A stretch of 62,321 nucleotides of DNA, filler included, from Candidatus Coatesbacteria bacterium (lineage in GTDB: Bacteria; JAFGND01), in assembly GCA_016927185.1 (NCBI GenBank). It is 4 parts of 4 records of this genome, joined end to end, with 100 filler letters (N's around TTAATTAATTAA, not from the genome) between each part and the next. Parts side by side here need not be neighbours in the genome. Positions count along the whole stretch, not along the records: positions 30,521 to 49,014 come from JAFGND010000032.1; positions 49,115 to 55,920 come from JAFGND010000033.1; positions 56,021 to 62,321 come from JAFGND010000042.1; 1 more part is not named here. The stretch is one strand, 5' to 3'. The notes beneath the pieces are model-generated. The model ran no database searches and was not told the DNA's origin. It saw nothing but the letters and a program-made list of their open reading frames with translations. Of the stretch, positions 48,732 through 56,552 are shown one piece after another. Positions within the stretch are counted from its first letter, which is position 1. Every line of letters begins with the position of its first letter. A program made the position numbers and the translations under genes.

Positions 48732-49014
48732 AGTCACCACCTTCTTTCAATGTTAGTCTTAATATCAAATCCTATAGAAGGCTTTTTTTTGTCAAATCTT
48801 ATGTTTTGAATGTTATTTCAAGGAGGTTCTTTTTAAAATCAGTTTCTCTTTCCATTTCAGGGAAATCTGTCTCTTTCAAGACAGACTCCCTGGTTATGGA
48901 AATAGAGGCTTTCCTTATTCATTAGTTATTCATATATTTTCATATAAAAGAGCTTATCTGTATCAATCATTTCGAAACATATTTTTTGAAATGGATACTT
49001 AGAACGTTCACATA

Positions 49015-49114
49015 NNNNNNNNNNNNNNNNNNNNNNNNNNNNNNNNNNNNNNNNNNNNTTAATTAATTAANNNNNNNNNNNNNNNNNNNNNNNNNNNNNN
49101 NNNNNNNNNNNNNN
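49015..49114. other. Artificial contig spacer
   Basis: 44 N + TTAATTAATTAA + 44 N. Confidence 0.97.
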
Positions 49115-49309
49115 TAATTACATTACTTTTACCATAAAAGTATACAAAAGTATATAAAAGTAGTAACTTTTGAGACCTTTTCTTTATAATTATATAGTGA
49201 AGTTAATATCTCCTGTATCCATCAATAAACAATAGTGAGAAGCTATGTTTTATATAATTCCTCTTTTTCATATTAAAAAGAGATGCTTCCTAGTAAATCA
49301 TCAGGTCTG

Positions 49310-49436
49310 GTTTTCCATATAATTATTTCAGGGAAAAAATTATATAAACCTCACCCCGTCTTCCAGACTCCCCTCTCCTTGCAGGAGAGGGGCTAGGGGT
49401 GAGGTTTATGCAAAGAGGGGTCAGGGGGCGAGGTTT
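49310..49436. repeat. REP/MITE-like family A, copy 2 with 3' extension
   Basis: Same nested hairpin as 1-100 (loop TGC instead of ACA), plus GCAAAGAGGGGTCAGGGGGCGAGGTTT. Confidence 0.85.
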
Positions 49437-49578
49437 GCACTAGATAACTCAGTCCATCAGTCTTTGGTTATATATTAAGAAATATATAAAAACCTCTTGA
49501 CATTTGCATGTCTAAAACAGGCATGGCTAAATATGTTTTGTTTAAACCCCAGCAATTTATTGATGGAAAGGGGGATTT

Positions 49579-50910
49579 ATGAATGATCCTAAAGCACTTA
49601 TAGAACTGGTGCTGAAAGAGTCAAAAGCTGAGGAAACTGAGGTGATTTATCAGGAAACTGAAAATGCATTGACAAGATTCTCTAACAATGTAATTACCCA
49701 GAATGTCTCAGGAACTTTGGCATCAGTATCAATCAGAACCGTGAAAAACGGCAAGACAGCAAGGGTGGAAACCAACAAGCTCGATAAGGAAGGTTTGAAA
49801 GAGGCAATCAAACAGGCATTGAAGGCAACTGAGATTTCAAAAGCAGATCCCGAACTTCAGAAAATGGAAAGTCTCCATAAATACAAGACTATCAAGTCAT
49901 ACTGCGAAAAAACTGCAAACATGACACCTCTTGAAAGAGCAGAAGCTGTTGAAAAAGCAGCCAAGGCAAGTTCTAAAGTTGGTTTCAATGCTGCAGGTAT
50001 TTTCTCATCAGGGAAAGTGAAAATCATTCTGGCAAATTCGAAAGGTCTTTTCCTTGAGCAAGCAACCTCTCAAGCTGATTTCGATTTAACTGTTGTAACT
50101 GAAAATTCAGAGGGCTGGGCTCAAAACACAAGCTTTACAATAGATAATATCTGTATTGATGAAGTAGTCAATACTGCAATAGAAAAAGCCGAAAAGAGCA
50201 GATTTCCTCAGGCGCATCCTCCCGGAAAATATACTGTTATAATGGAACATGCTGCTGTTGCTGATTTACTTCTTTTCATGAACTGGATAGGTTTTTCAAC
50301 AAAAGCAATTCAGGAAAAAAGATCATATTTCGCAAACAAACTGAACAAGAAAATATTCGGCAACAACATAACCATTATTGATGATGCTTTCAACAAGGAT
50401 GCTCCAGGTATCCCATTCGATTTCGAGGGAATTCCGAGAGAACAGGTGAGGCTTATTGAAAAAGGCGTATTCAAGAACATGCTATATGACAGAAGGACTG
50501 CAAAAAAGGATGGCAAGAAAAGCACCGGACATGGGCTTCCAGAACCTAATCTACAGGGACCATTTGCCCTCAATCTCTGCATAGAGCCAGGAAATTCTTC
50601 TGTAAAGGAAATGATAGCAAGCACTGATAAAGGAATACTTGTAACTCATTTGCATTATACGAACATCCTGAATCCAGCCGATTTGACACTTACAGGCATG
50701 ACAAGAGATGGTACATTCCTCATAGAGAAAGGCAAGATAAAGCATCCAGTAAGGAACTATCGCTTCACTGAATCACTCATAAATGTATTCAACAATGTGG
50801 AATTACTGAGCAAGGACAGGAAATACGTCTCTGGTTTCTTCTTCGGAGGAGCATTGGTGCCTGCATTGAAAGTAAAAGGTTTTAATTTCTCAAGTGCAAC
50901 AGAATTTTAA
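49579..50910 (+). CDS. TldD/PmbA family protein (PmbA/TldE-like subunit)
   Basis: LTRFSNN, PGKYTVIME, PFDFEG, STGHG, LTGMTRDG; lacks HExxxH. Confidence 0.85.
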   Translation: MNDPKALIELVLKESKAEETEVIYQETENALTRFSNNVITQNVSGTLASVSIRTVKNGKTARVETNKLDKEGLKEAIKQALKATEISKADPELQKMESLHKYKTIKSYCEKTANMTPLERAEAVEKAAKASSKVGFNAAGIFSSGKVKIILANSKGLFLEQATSQADFDLTVVTENSEGWAQNTSFTIDNICIDEVVNTAIEKAEKSRFPQAHPPGKYTVIMEHAAVADLLLFMNWIGFSTKAIQEKRSYFANKLNKKIFGNNITIIDDAFNKDAPGIPFDFEGIPREQVRLIEKGVFKNMLYDRRTAKKDGKKSTGHGLPEPNLQGPFALNLCIEPGNSSVKEMIASTDKGILVTHLHYTNILNPADLTLTGMTRDGTFLIEKGKIKHPVRNYRFTESLINVFNNVELLSKDRKYVSGFFFGGALVPALKVKGFNFSSATEF

Positions 50911-50921
50911 GGAGGCTGATA

Positions 50922-52379
50922 ATGAAAGAATTAGCTTGTTTAGCCATAGATACTGTACGCTCCAGGGGAGCAACTTACGGTGATATAAGGATAATTTATG
51001 ACAGAAGCCAGACTGTTGCAACAAGAAATGGTCAGGTTTCAAGCATTGGCAAGGAAGAGACTTACGGATTTGGCATACGCGTAATCGCAAATGGTTCATG
51101 GGGTTTTGCTTATTCCTCTAAAGTAAGCAAAGATGAGATTGCAAGGGTAGCAAAACAGGCAGTTGATATTGCAGTTGCATCATCGAAAGTGATGAAGGAT
51201 CCTGTAAAACTTGCCCCTGAACCTGCTTATGAAACCAGATGGCAGAGTCCCTATATAATAAATCCATTTGATGTCAGGGATGAAACAAAACTCGATATGC
51301 TCATGAAAATTGATGAGATCCTTCGCAAGAACAAAAAGATAGTTGCAGCAGAAACATTCATGGATTTCATAGAGGAAACACAGTATTTCATGAGTACTGA
51401 AGGAAGCTGGATAATACAGAATCTTCTCCGTTCCGGTGCTGGATACTCAGCAACTGCCGTAGGTAATAATGATCAGCAGGAAAGAAGTTTCACTCCTGTT
51501 TTCAAGCAGACTGGATACGAAATGATTGGTAACATAGGATTGCTGGAAAATGCAGAAAGAGTGAGGGAAGAAGCAGTTGAACTTCTTACTTGCCCGGATC
51601 TTCCAAATGGAAAGAAGACACTCATTATTACAGGGGATCAGCTGGCTCTTCAGATACATGAGAGTGTCGGTCATGCAACTGAATTAGACAGAGTGCTTGG
51701 ATTTGAAGCCAATTATGCAGGACGCAGCTTTGCCACTCCAGAGAAAATGGGAAATTTCATATATGGAAGCAATATTGTTAATATTGTTGCTGATGCAACG
51801 CTTCCTACTGGACTGGGAACTTACGGATTTGATGACGACGGAGTTGCAGCACAACGCTGGCATATAATTCAGAATGGAATTCTGCAAAGCTACATGATTA
51901 ACAGGGAAACAGCTCCAATGATCGGACTGAACCGCTCTAAAGGAGCTAACAGGGCAGAAGGCTTCCGCCATATTCCAATAACAAGAATGACAAACCTTTC
52001 ACTGCTTCCTGGAGACTGGGAAGTTGATGACATGATAAAAGAAACAAAAGATGGCATTCTCATGGACAAGAATCGCTGCTGGTCAATTGATCAACACAGG
52101 CTTAACTTCCAGTTCGGTGTGGAATACGCATATGAAATCAAGAACGGCAAGAAAGGAAAAGTCTTCAAGAATGCCAATTATCAGGGAATAACTCCACATT
52201 TCTGGGCAACATGCGATGCAATAGCAAAAGAGAAATACTGGGTTCCAATAGGTGTTCCAAACTGCGGGAAGGGACAGCCCGGTCAGCGTGCAGAAATGTC
52301 ACATGGCTGTTCATACGCAAGATTTAAGAATGTTGAAGTTGGAGTTTCTATAAAAGGAGCAAAAAACAAGGAAATATAA
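50922..52379 (+). CDS. tldD: TldD metalloprotease
   Basis: GFGIRV...GSWGF, IHESVGH, FDDDGV, PITRMTN, NCGKGQP. Confidence 0.88.
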   Translation: MKELACLAIDTVRSRGATYGDIRIIYDRSQTVATRNGQVSSIGKEETYGFGIRVIANGSWGFAYSSKVSKDEIARVAKQAVDIAVASSKVMKDPVKLAPEPAYETRWQSPYIINPFDVRDETKLDMLMKIDEILRKNKKIVAAETFMDFIEETQYFMSTEGSWIIQNLLRSGAGYSATAVGNNDQQERSFTPVFKQTGYEMIGNIGLLENAERVREEAVELLTCPDLPNGKKTLIITGDQLALQIHESVGHATELDRVLGFEANYAGRSFATPEKMGNFIYGSNIVNIVADATLPTGLGTYGFDDDGVAAQRWHIIQNGILQSYMINRETAPMIGLNRSKGANRAEGFRHIPITRMTNLSLLPGDWEVDDMIKETKDGILMDKNRCWSIDQHRLNFQFGVEYAYEIKNGKKGKVFKNANYQGITPHFWATCDAIAKEKYWVPIGVPNCGKGQPGQRAEMSHGCSYARFKNVEVGVSIKGAKNKEI

Positions 52380-52385
52380 AATGAA

Positions 52386-52415
52386 AAGACTGCTTGCAAA
52401 AGCAGTCTTCTTCTT
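52386..52415. terminator. Hairpin terminator
   Basis: AAGACTGCTT-gcaa-AAGCAGTCTT between convergent genes. Confidence 0.65.
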
Positions 52416-52442
52416 CATAATCCAGGCTTTACTTTAAGTAAA

Positions 52443-53258
52443 TTACTCCAGTGGCTTCAAGCCTTCCTTTTCCCTAAGTTCATTGCCAATTCTTTTCACA
52501 TCTCTTATTATCTTTTCCGCTACATCCCATTCCAGTTCACATCTTGAGTAATATCTCAAGTACTTTTTTTGGGTTACTTCTTTGTCAAAATGGATGATAT
52601 TAAAACCTCTTCTGCAATAGAAAGGTGGATCTGCCTCTTCATGCCAGCCTTCCAATGGCAGAATAACTTCATCATTTACTTTGGGATTGAGATTAAATTC
52701 TGGAGTATCTGGTCCATAATATTGAGGACAAACCATGACTCCCTCTTCCTGAACCTCATTGAAATACCTTACTAAAAGCCTGTTGTTACTGTTGAGTCTT
52801 TTTGGAAGAATATTCTTGCCCCAGTATGTTTCAAGTACTTCCAGAGTTATCAGTGTTTCATAATTCCTGAAAGACGTGTAGAGGTCAGGATTTTTCCCTG
52901 ATTTTATCTTGACAGGCTTTTTTTCAATTGATATGACTTTTGCCCTGCAAAGGATTTCTGCACTGGAAATTTCCCAGACCAGGTAATATTCCTTGAAATT
53001 GACAGCATAAGAAAATCTTTGGTTTGGTATTTTATAACCAGCTTTCAGGCAGATTTCCTGCTTTACCGGACTGAAAGTATTTGGATATCGTGGATGGTGC
53101 TTCAACAATCCATATCTTCCCCGCAAATAATCTTTCAATCCCTTGATCTGGCTTTCATACCACTTCTTGTATGGTTCTTCTGCTGATTTATTATCCTTAG
53201 CTGAATCTGCAAACAAGGGAAGCAGGGACAAAAGAATAATATAAAGCATTTTTTTCAT
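52443..53258 (-). CDS. Secreted hypothetical protein (paralog A)
   Basis: Signal peptide; AAGGAG RBS; shares motifs with 53271-54029. Confidence 0.75.
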   Translation of the reverse strand: MKKMLYIILLSLLPLFADSAKDNKSAEEPYKKWYESQIKGLKDYLRGRYGLLKHHPRYPNTFSPVKQEICLKAGYKIPNQRFSYAVNFKEYYLVWEISSAEILCRAKVISIEKKPVKIKSGKNPDLYTSFRNYETLITLEVLETYWGKNILPKRLNSNNRLLVRYFNEVQEEGVMVCPQYYGPDTPEFNLNPKVNDEVILPLEGWHEEADPPFYCRRGFNIIHFDKEVTQKKYLRYYSRCELEWDVAEKIIRDVKRIGNELREKEGLKPLE

Positions 53259-53270
53259 TAAATCTCCTTA

Positions 53271-54029
53271 TTAAAGAGGCTTCAAGCCTTCCTTTTTCCG
53301 AAGTTCATTGCCAGTCATCTTTATATCCGTTATTATCTTCTCTATTTTCATGAATGGAGTTTCCCTGTCGAAAAAACTTATATCCTTGCATTTCAGGATT
53401 TTACCAGACTTTTCAGAATTTACTATAAGATCATAAGACCAGCCAAAAAACAATCCAATATTCTTTTCATAATGATGCAGGGGAAGAAGTATTTCATCAT
53501 TTACACAAGGGGTTGTATCAATCATTCCTTGAGTTCTTGTTCTCCATTTTTCAACATTTAATCCGAAGCGAATCTTTTTCAAACTTTTTTCTTTCTTGAG
53601 TTTCTCTTTCCCCCAGTATATTTCCAGAATCTCAGCAGTACAGATAATATTAGCATAAGACATTCTTTCATGATTTTTCAATATCACTTCAATTGGCTTG
53701 ATTTTATCAATTGATATAATTCTTGCCCTGCAAAGGACTATGCTGTAGCATAATTTCACGGTTAGTAGATCTTCATAGTGAAAAGAATTGATCCCTGAGC
53801 GCTCTGGTTCCATGAAGCCCAGCTTCTTTCTGATTATGCCATTTACAGGTATGAAAGTATTCATTTGCTCATTTATTCTTTCCATTCCCCTTTTTTCATC
53901 CAGTCTGGCTTCTTTTCTTTTTGCTTCAAACTGTCTCCTGCATGTATCAAGCCATTCTTTGTAAGCCATTTCAGCATTCAGAAGGAAAGGTAAAAGAATC
54001 AGAAGCAGTAATAGAAGCTTGATATTCAT
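53271..54029 (-). CDS. Secreted hypothetical protein (paralog B)
   Basis: Signal peptide; LCRARIISI, EIYWGK, VNDEILLPL, GNELRKKEGLKPL. Confidence 0.75.
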   Translation of the reverse strand: MNIKLLLLLLILLPFLLNAEMAYKEWLDTCRRQFEAKRKEARLDEKRGMERINEQMNTFIPVNGIIRKKLGFMEPERSGINSFHYEDLLTVKLCYSIVLCRARIISIDKIKPIEVILKNHERMSYANIICTAEILEIYWGKEKLKKEKSLKKIRFGLNVEKWRTRTQGMIDTTPCVNDEILLPLHHYEKNIGLFFGWSYDLIVNSEKSGKILKCKDISFFDRETPFMKIEKIITDIKMTGNELRKKEGLKPL

Positions 54030-54119
54030 AATATATCCTTTTCAAGAAGTTCTTCAACCTGCAAGATTCTGCTTTTGCTTAATAGGGTGGAGTTTAAATT
54101 TAATGCGTAAAAGCTTGAT

Positions 54120-54151
54120 AAAAGCAAATCATGATTTGATTTTTATGTCAA
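54120..54151 (-). promoter_or_regulatory. Palindromic operator beside a -35 box
   Basis: AAAAG-CAAATCATGATTTG-ATTTT (perfect 14-bp core at 54125-54138), next to minus-strand TTGACA (54146-54151). Confidence 0.45.
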
Positions 54152-54262
54152 GTGAATAATATTGAACGGTTAATCTAGCCCCAAAGAGATATGGACTGAC
54201 TTATGAGGAAGCTATATCAAATTGTCATCCCTGTACAAAACCACTATCATCTATATAGAAAT

Positions 54263-54376
54263 TGTCATCCTGAATTCATTTCAGGATCTATTTCCTTACT
54301 TTTATTGAGATGCTTAAGCAAGTTCAGCATGACAGGAAGGAGGTTGTTTGTAATCCTGAACTTGATTAATGTGTCT
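54263..54376. repeat. REP-like element, family B (GTCATCCTGAA type)
   Basis: TGTCATCCTGAATTCATTTCAGGATCT (54263-54289) and inverted AGATGCTTAAGCAAGTTCAGCATGACA (54308-54334); degenerate third unit at 54349-54376. Confidence 0.75.
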
Positions 54377-54387
54377 GACAAAACATA

Positions 54388-55584
54388 TTATTTAATCTTT
54401 ACAATCTTCTTGCATTCTTTCCCAGCCTTCACTATATAAACTCCCTCTCTCCATTTACTTGTATCAAGAGAATGCTTGCCTTTATCTAATTTCATTATTA
54501 GTTGACCGGCCAGGGAATAGATTGAACCTGAGGAAAGCAGGGAGAGAGACAAGCGGGAAGAGAAGGGGTTGGGTGAGATAGAGAGGGAGTGGGAGGGAAG
54601 GGAGGAAGAGGAGTTGTAGTTATTAAAACCAGTAAAATTAACAGGATTGATTTTTACGCAAGTAACTGGTTGTGTATGACCTGAAAATGTTCTTAAGCAG
54701 GTTCCATTAGACATATCCCAGAATTTTATATTATTGTCGCTACCTCCAGAAATCGCATATTTCCCATCAGGTGAAAAGTCTAAGGAATTACAGCTGCTGC
54801 CATGATTGAAAGTAAGAATGCAGCTTCGTTCAGGCCATTTCCAGTACTTTATCTCACCTGAATATGAGCCAGCTAAAATATAGTTGTTGTCCTTAGGATT
54901 GAAGCACAAAGCACCAACTGTATTATCGTATCTATAGATAGTTACATTCATTCCATTGTCTACTCTCCAATATTTAAGTTTCATGTCATTAGAACCGGAT
55001 ATGAAATGATAACCATCTAACGAAAAATCCAGTTTGCGAATAGCTCCATCATTACCTGTGAAAGTTCTTATGCAAGCACCATCTGAAACTCTCCAGTACT
55101 TTATTGCCTTTTCTGTAATCCAAGAACCAGAGAGCATATATTGACCATCAGGACTAAATACTACCGTTTCTATTTCATCTTTATGACCAACAAATACACG
55201 GATAAGGGAACCATCCGTTAAAGACCACAAATATGCGTTTAAAGAAAAACCTCCAGATAGGCAAAAAGTACCTTCTGGATTTATGTCGTCTGTTATCACT
55301 CCACCAGGATGATCTATATTAAGTTTTATTTCCCCTGTTCTCAGATCCCAATAGAATAACTTACTATCTACTCCACCTGTTAAAGCATAGAATCCATCTG
55401 GACTTATTGCTGCACATGCTACTTGATTACTGTGATTAGCAAATGTCAATATGCAAGTACCATCTGAAATTTTCCAGTACTTTGCTGTATGATCTGCACT
55501 TGTTGATATAAAATATCCTTCCGAAGATAAGAAATTTGTTGAAATAAGAATAACTGAAGTAATCACCAATAATATTTTTTTCAT
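54388..55584 (-). CDS. Secreted WD40-repeat beta-propeller with short T9SS-like CTD
   Basis: Signal peptide; GH...FSPDG.Y..SGS.D..IK.W repeats; CTD SPNPFSSRL...KECKKIVKIK. Confidence 0.88.
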   Translation of the reverse strand: MKKILLVITSVILISTNFLSSEGYFISTSADHTAKYWKISDGTCILTFANHSNQVACAAISPDGFYALTGGVDSKLFYWDLRTGEIKLNIDHPGGVITDDINPEGTFCLSGGFSLNAYLWSLTDGSLIRVFVGHKDEIETVVFSPDGQYMLSGSWITEKAIKYWRVSDGACIRTFTGNDGAIRKLDFSLDGYHFISGSNDMKLKYWRVDNGMNVTIYRYDNTVGALCFNPKDNNYILAGSYSGEIKYWKWPERSCILTFNHGSSCNSLDFSPDGKYAISGGSDNNIKFWDMSNGTCLRTFSGHTQPVTCVKINPVNFTGFNNYNSSSSLPSHSLSISPNPFSSRLSLSLLSSGSIYSLAGQLIMKLDKGKHSLDTSKWREGVYIVKAGKECKKIVKIK

Positions 55585-55593
55585 TTTAACCTC

Positions 55594-55776
55594 CTATTTA
55601 TTGCTTTTTATTGAGCATTCCCCTGTTGCATTTGAAGTAAATAAACTGATATAGGAAGATTGCCATTGAGAAGCAAATGGACAAGGATCCCCTGGACTGC
55701 AACCATAAATACCGATACAATAACCGCAGTAATTGGCTTCATCGTTTTTTCTGCCCCCAAAGCTTGTATCTTTTAT
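55594..55776 (-). CDS. Unlisted 60-aa Cys-rich ORF with ATA start (or decayed gene)
   Basis: AGGGAGGT RBS then ATA; IKDTSFGGRKNDEANYCGYCIGIYGCSPGDPCPFASQWQSSYISLFTSNATGECSIKSNK; its TAG overlaps the WD40 gene RBS. Confidence 0.3.
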   Translation of the reverse strand: MKDTSFGGRKNDEANYCGYCIGIYGCSPGDPCPFASQWQSSYISLFTSNATGECSIKSNK

Positions 55777-55877
55777 AATTACCTCCCTATTAATACTTAT
55801 AAAGCCTTATTCATTCAGCATTTCTAAGACTTTTTTGAAATTTAATAATATATAACTTCTCATTTTTTCCATATAGT

Positions 55878-55916
<39 letters not shown>

Positions 55917-55920
55917 ATAA

Positions 55921-56020
55921 NNNNNNNNNNNNNNNNNNNNNNNNNNNNNNNNNNNNNNNNNNNNTTAATTAATTAANNNNNNNNNNNNNNNNNNNNNNNN
56001 NNNNNNNNNNNNNNNNNNNN
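55921..56020. other. Artificial contig spacer
   Basis: 44 N + TTAATTAATTAA + 44 N. Confidence 0.97.
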
Positions 56021-56021
56021 A

Positions 56022-56552
56022 CATTTTTCTGCAACAGATAAACAGACTGAGAAAGACAATAAGAAACAAGATACTTCTTTATGCAAAGCTGATGAGCTTA
56101 AAGTGGTTGAATATTCCATTATCAGTAATAATATGGGAGATAAGAATTTACTATCCTTCAGTCAAAAAATCTGGTCAACAGAAACACCTATCAAAAATAA
56201 ACTTTTTCTGAAGTTTATTAAAGATAGGAATTACTATCTTGCTGAAGATCCAAGATTAGTTGAAATAAAGGAAAATCCTGATATGATATGTTTGAATATT
56301 TCTGGTATTGATGCTGATAATATTTGCTTGTGGTTGAATGCCAGACTACCTAAACCTGAAGAATGCAGAAGTATATTGAGCAAAGCAAGGCAAGAAGAAG
56401 ATTTCAAGGGACTTTTTTTCTGGTGCAGGGAAGGCAAAGAATACTTTCTTTTTAATCCCAAAACTAATTCTATATCAAAGGTTTATCCTGATTTGCAGTA
56501 TAAAAAATATACTTTCCTGCCAGTATGGGAGAAGAAACCAGATGTTCAATAG
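56022..56552 (+). CDS. 5'-truncated protein with degenerate FGE/SUMF1-like domain
   Basis: Frame is open from the gap; STETPIKN..F.KF and NISGIDADNICLWLNARLPKPEE resemble the FGE EVTN and VSW.DA..YC.W...RLPTE.E motifs. Confidence 0.5.
   Translation, partial: HFSATDKQTEKDNKKQDTSLCKADELKVVEYSIISNNMGDKNLLSFSQKIWSTETPIKNKLFLKFIKDRNYYLAEDPRLVEIKENPDMICLNISGIDADNICLWLNARLPKPEECRSILSKARQEEDFKGLFFWCREGKEYFLFNPKTNSISKVYPDLQYKKYTFLPVWEKKPDVQ

Noticed and set aside
54203-54439. 78-aa plus-strand ORF
   Set aside because: It is a translation of the REP family B palindromes and overlaps the WD40 gene antisense.
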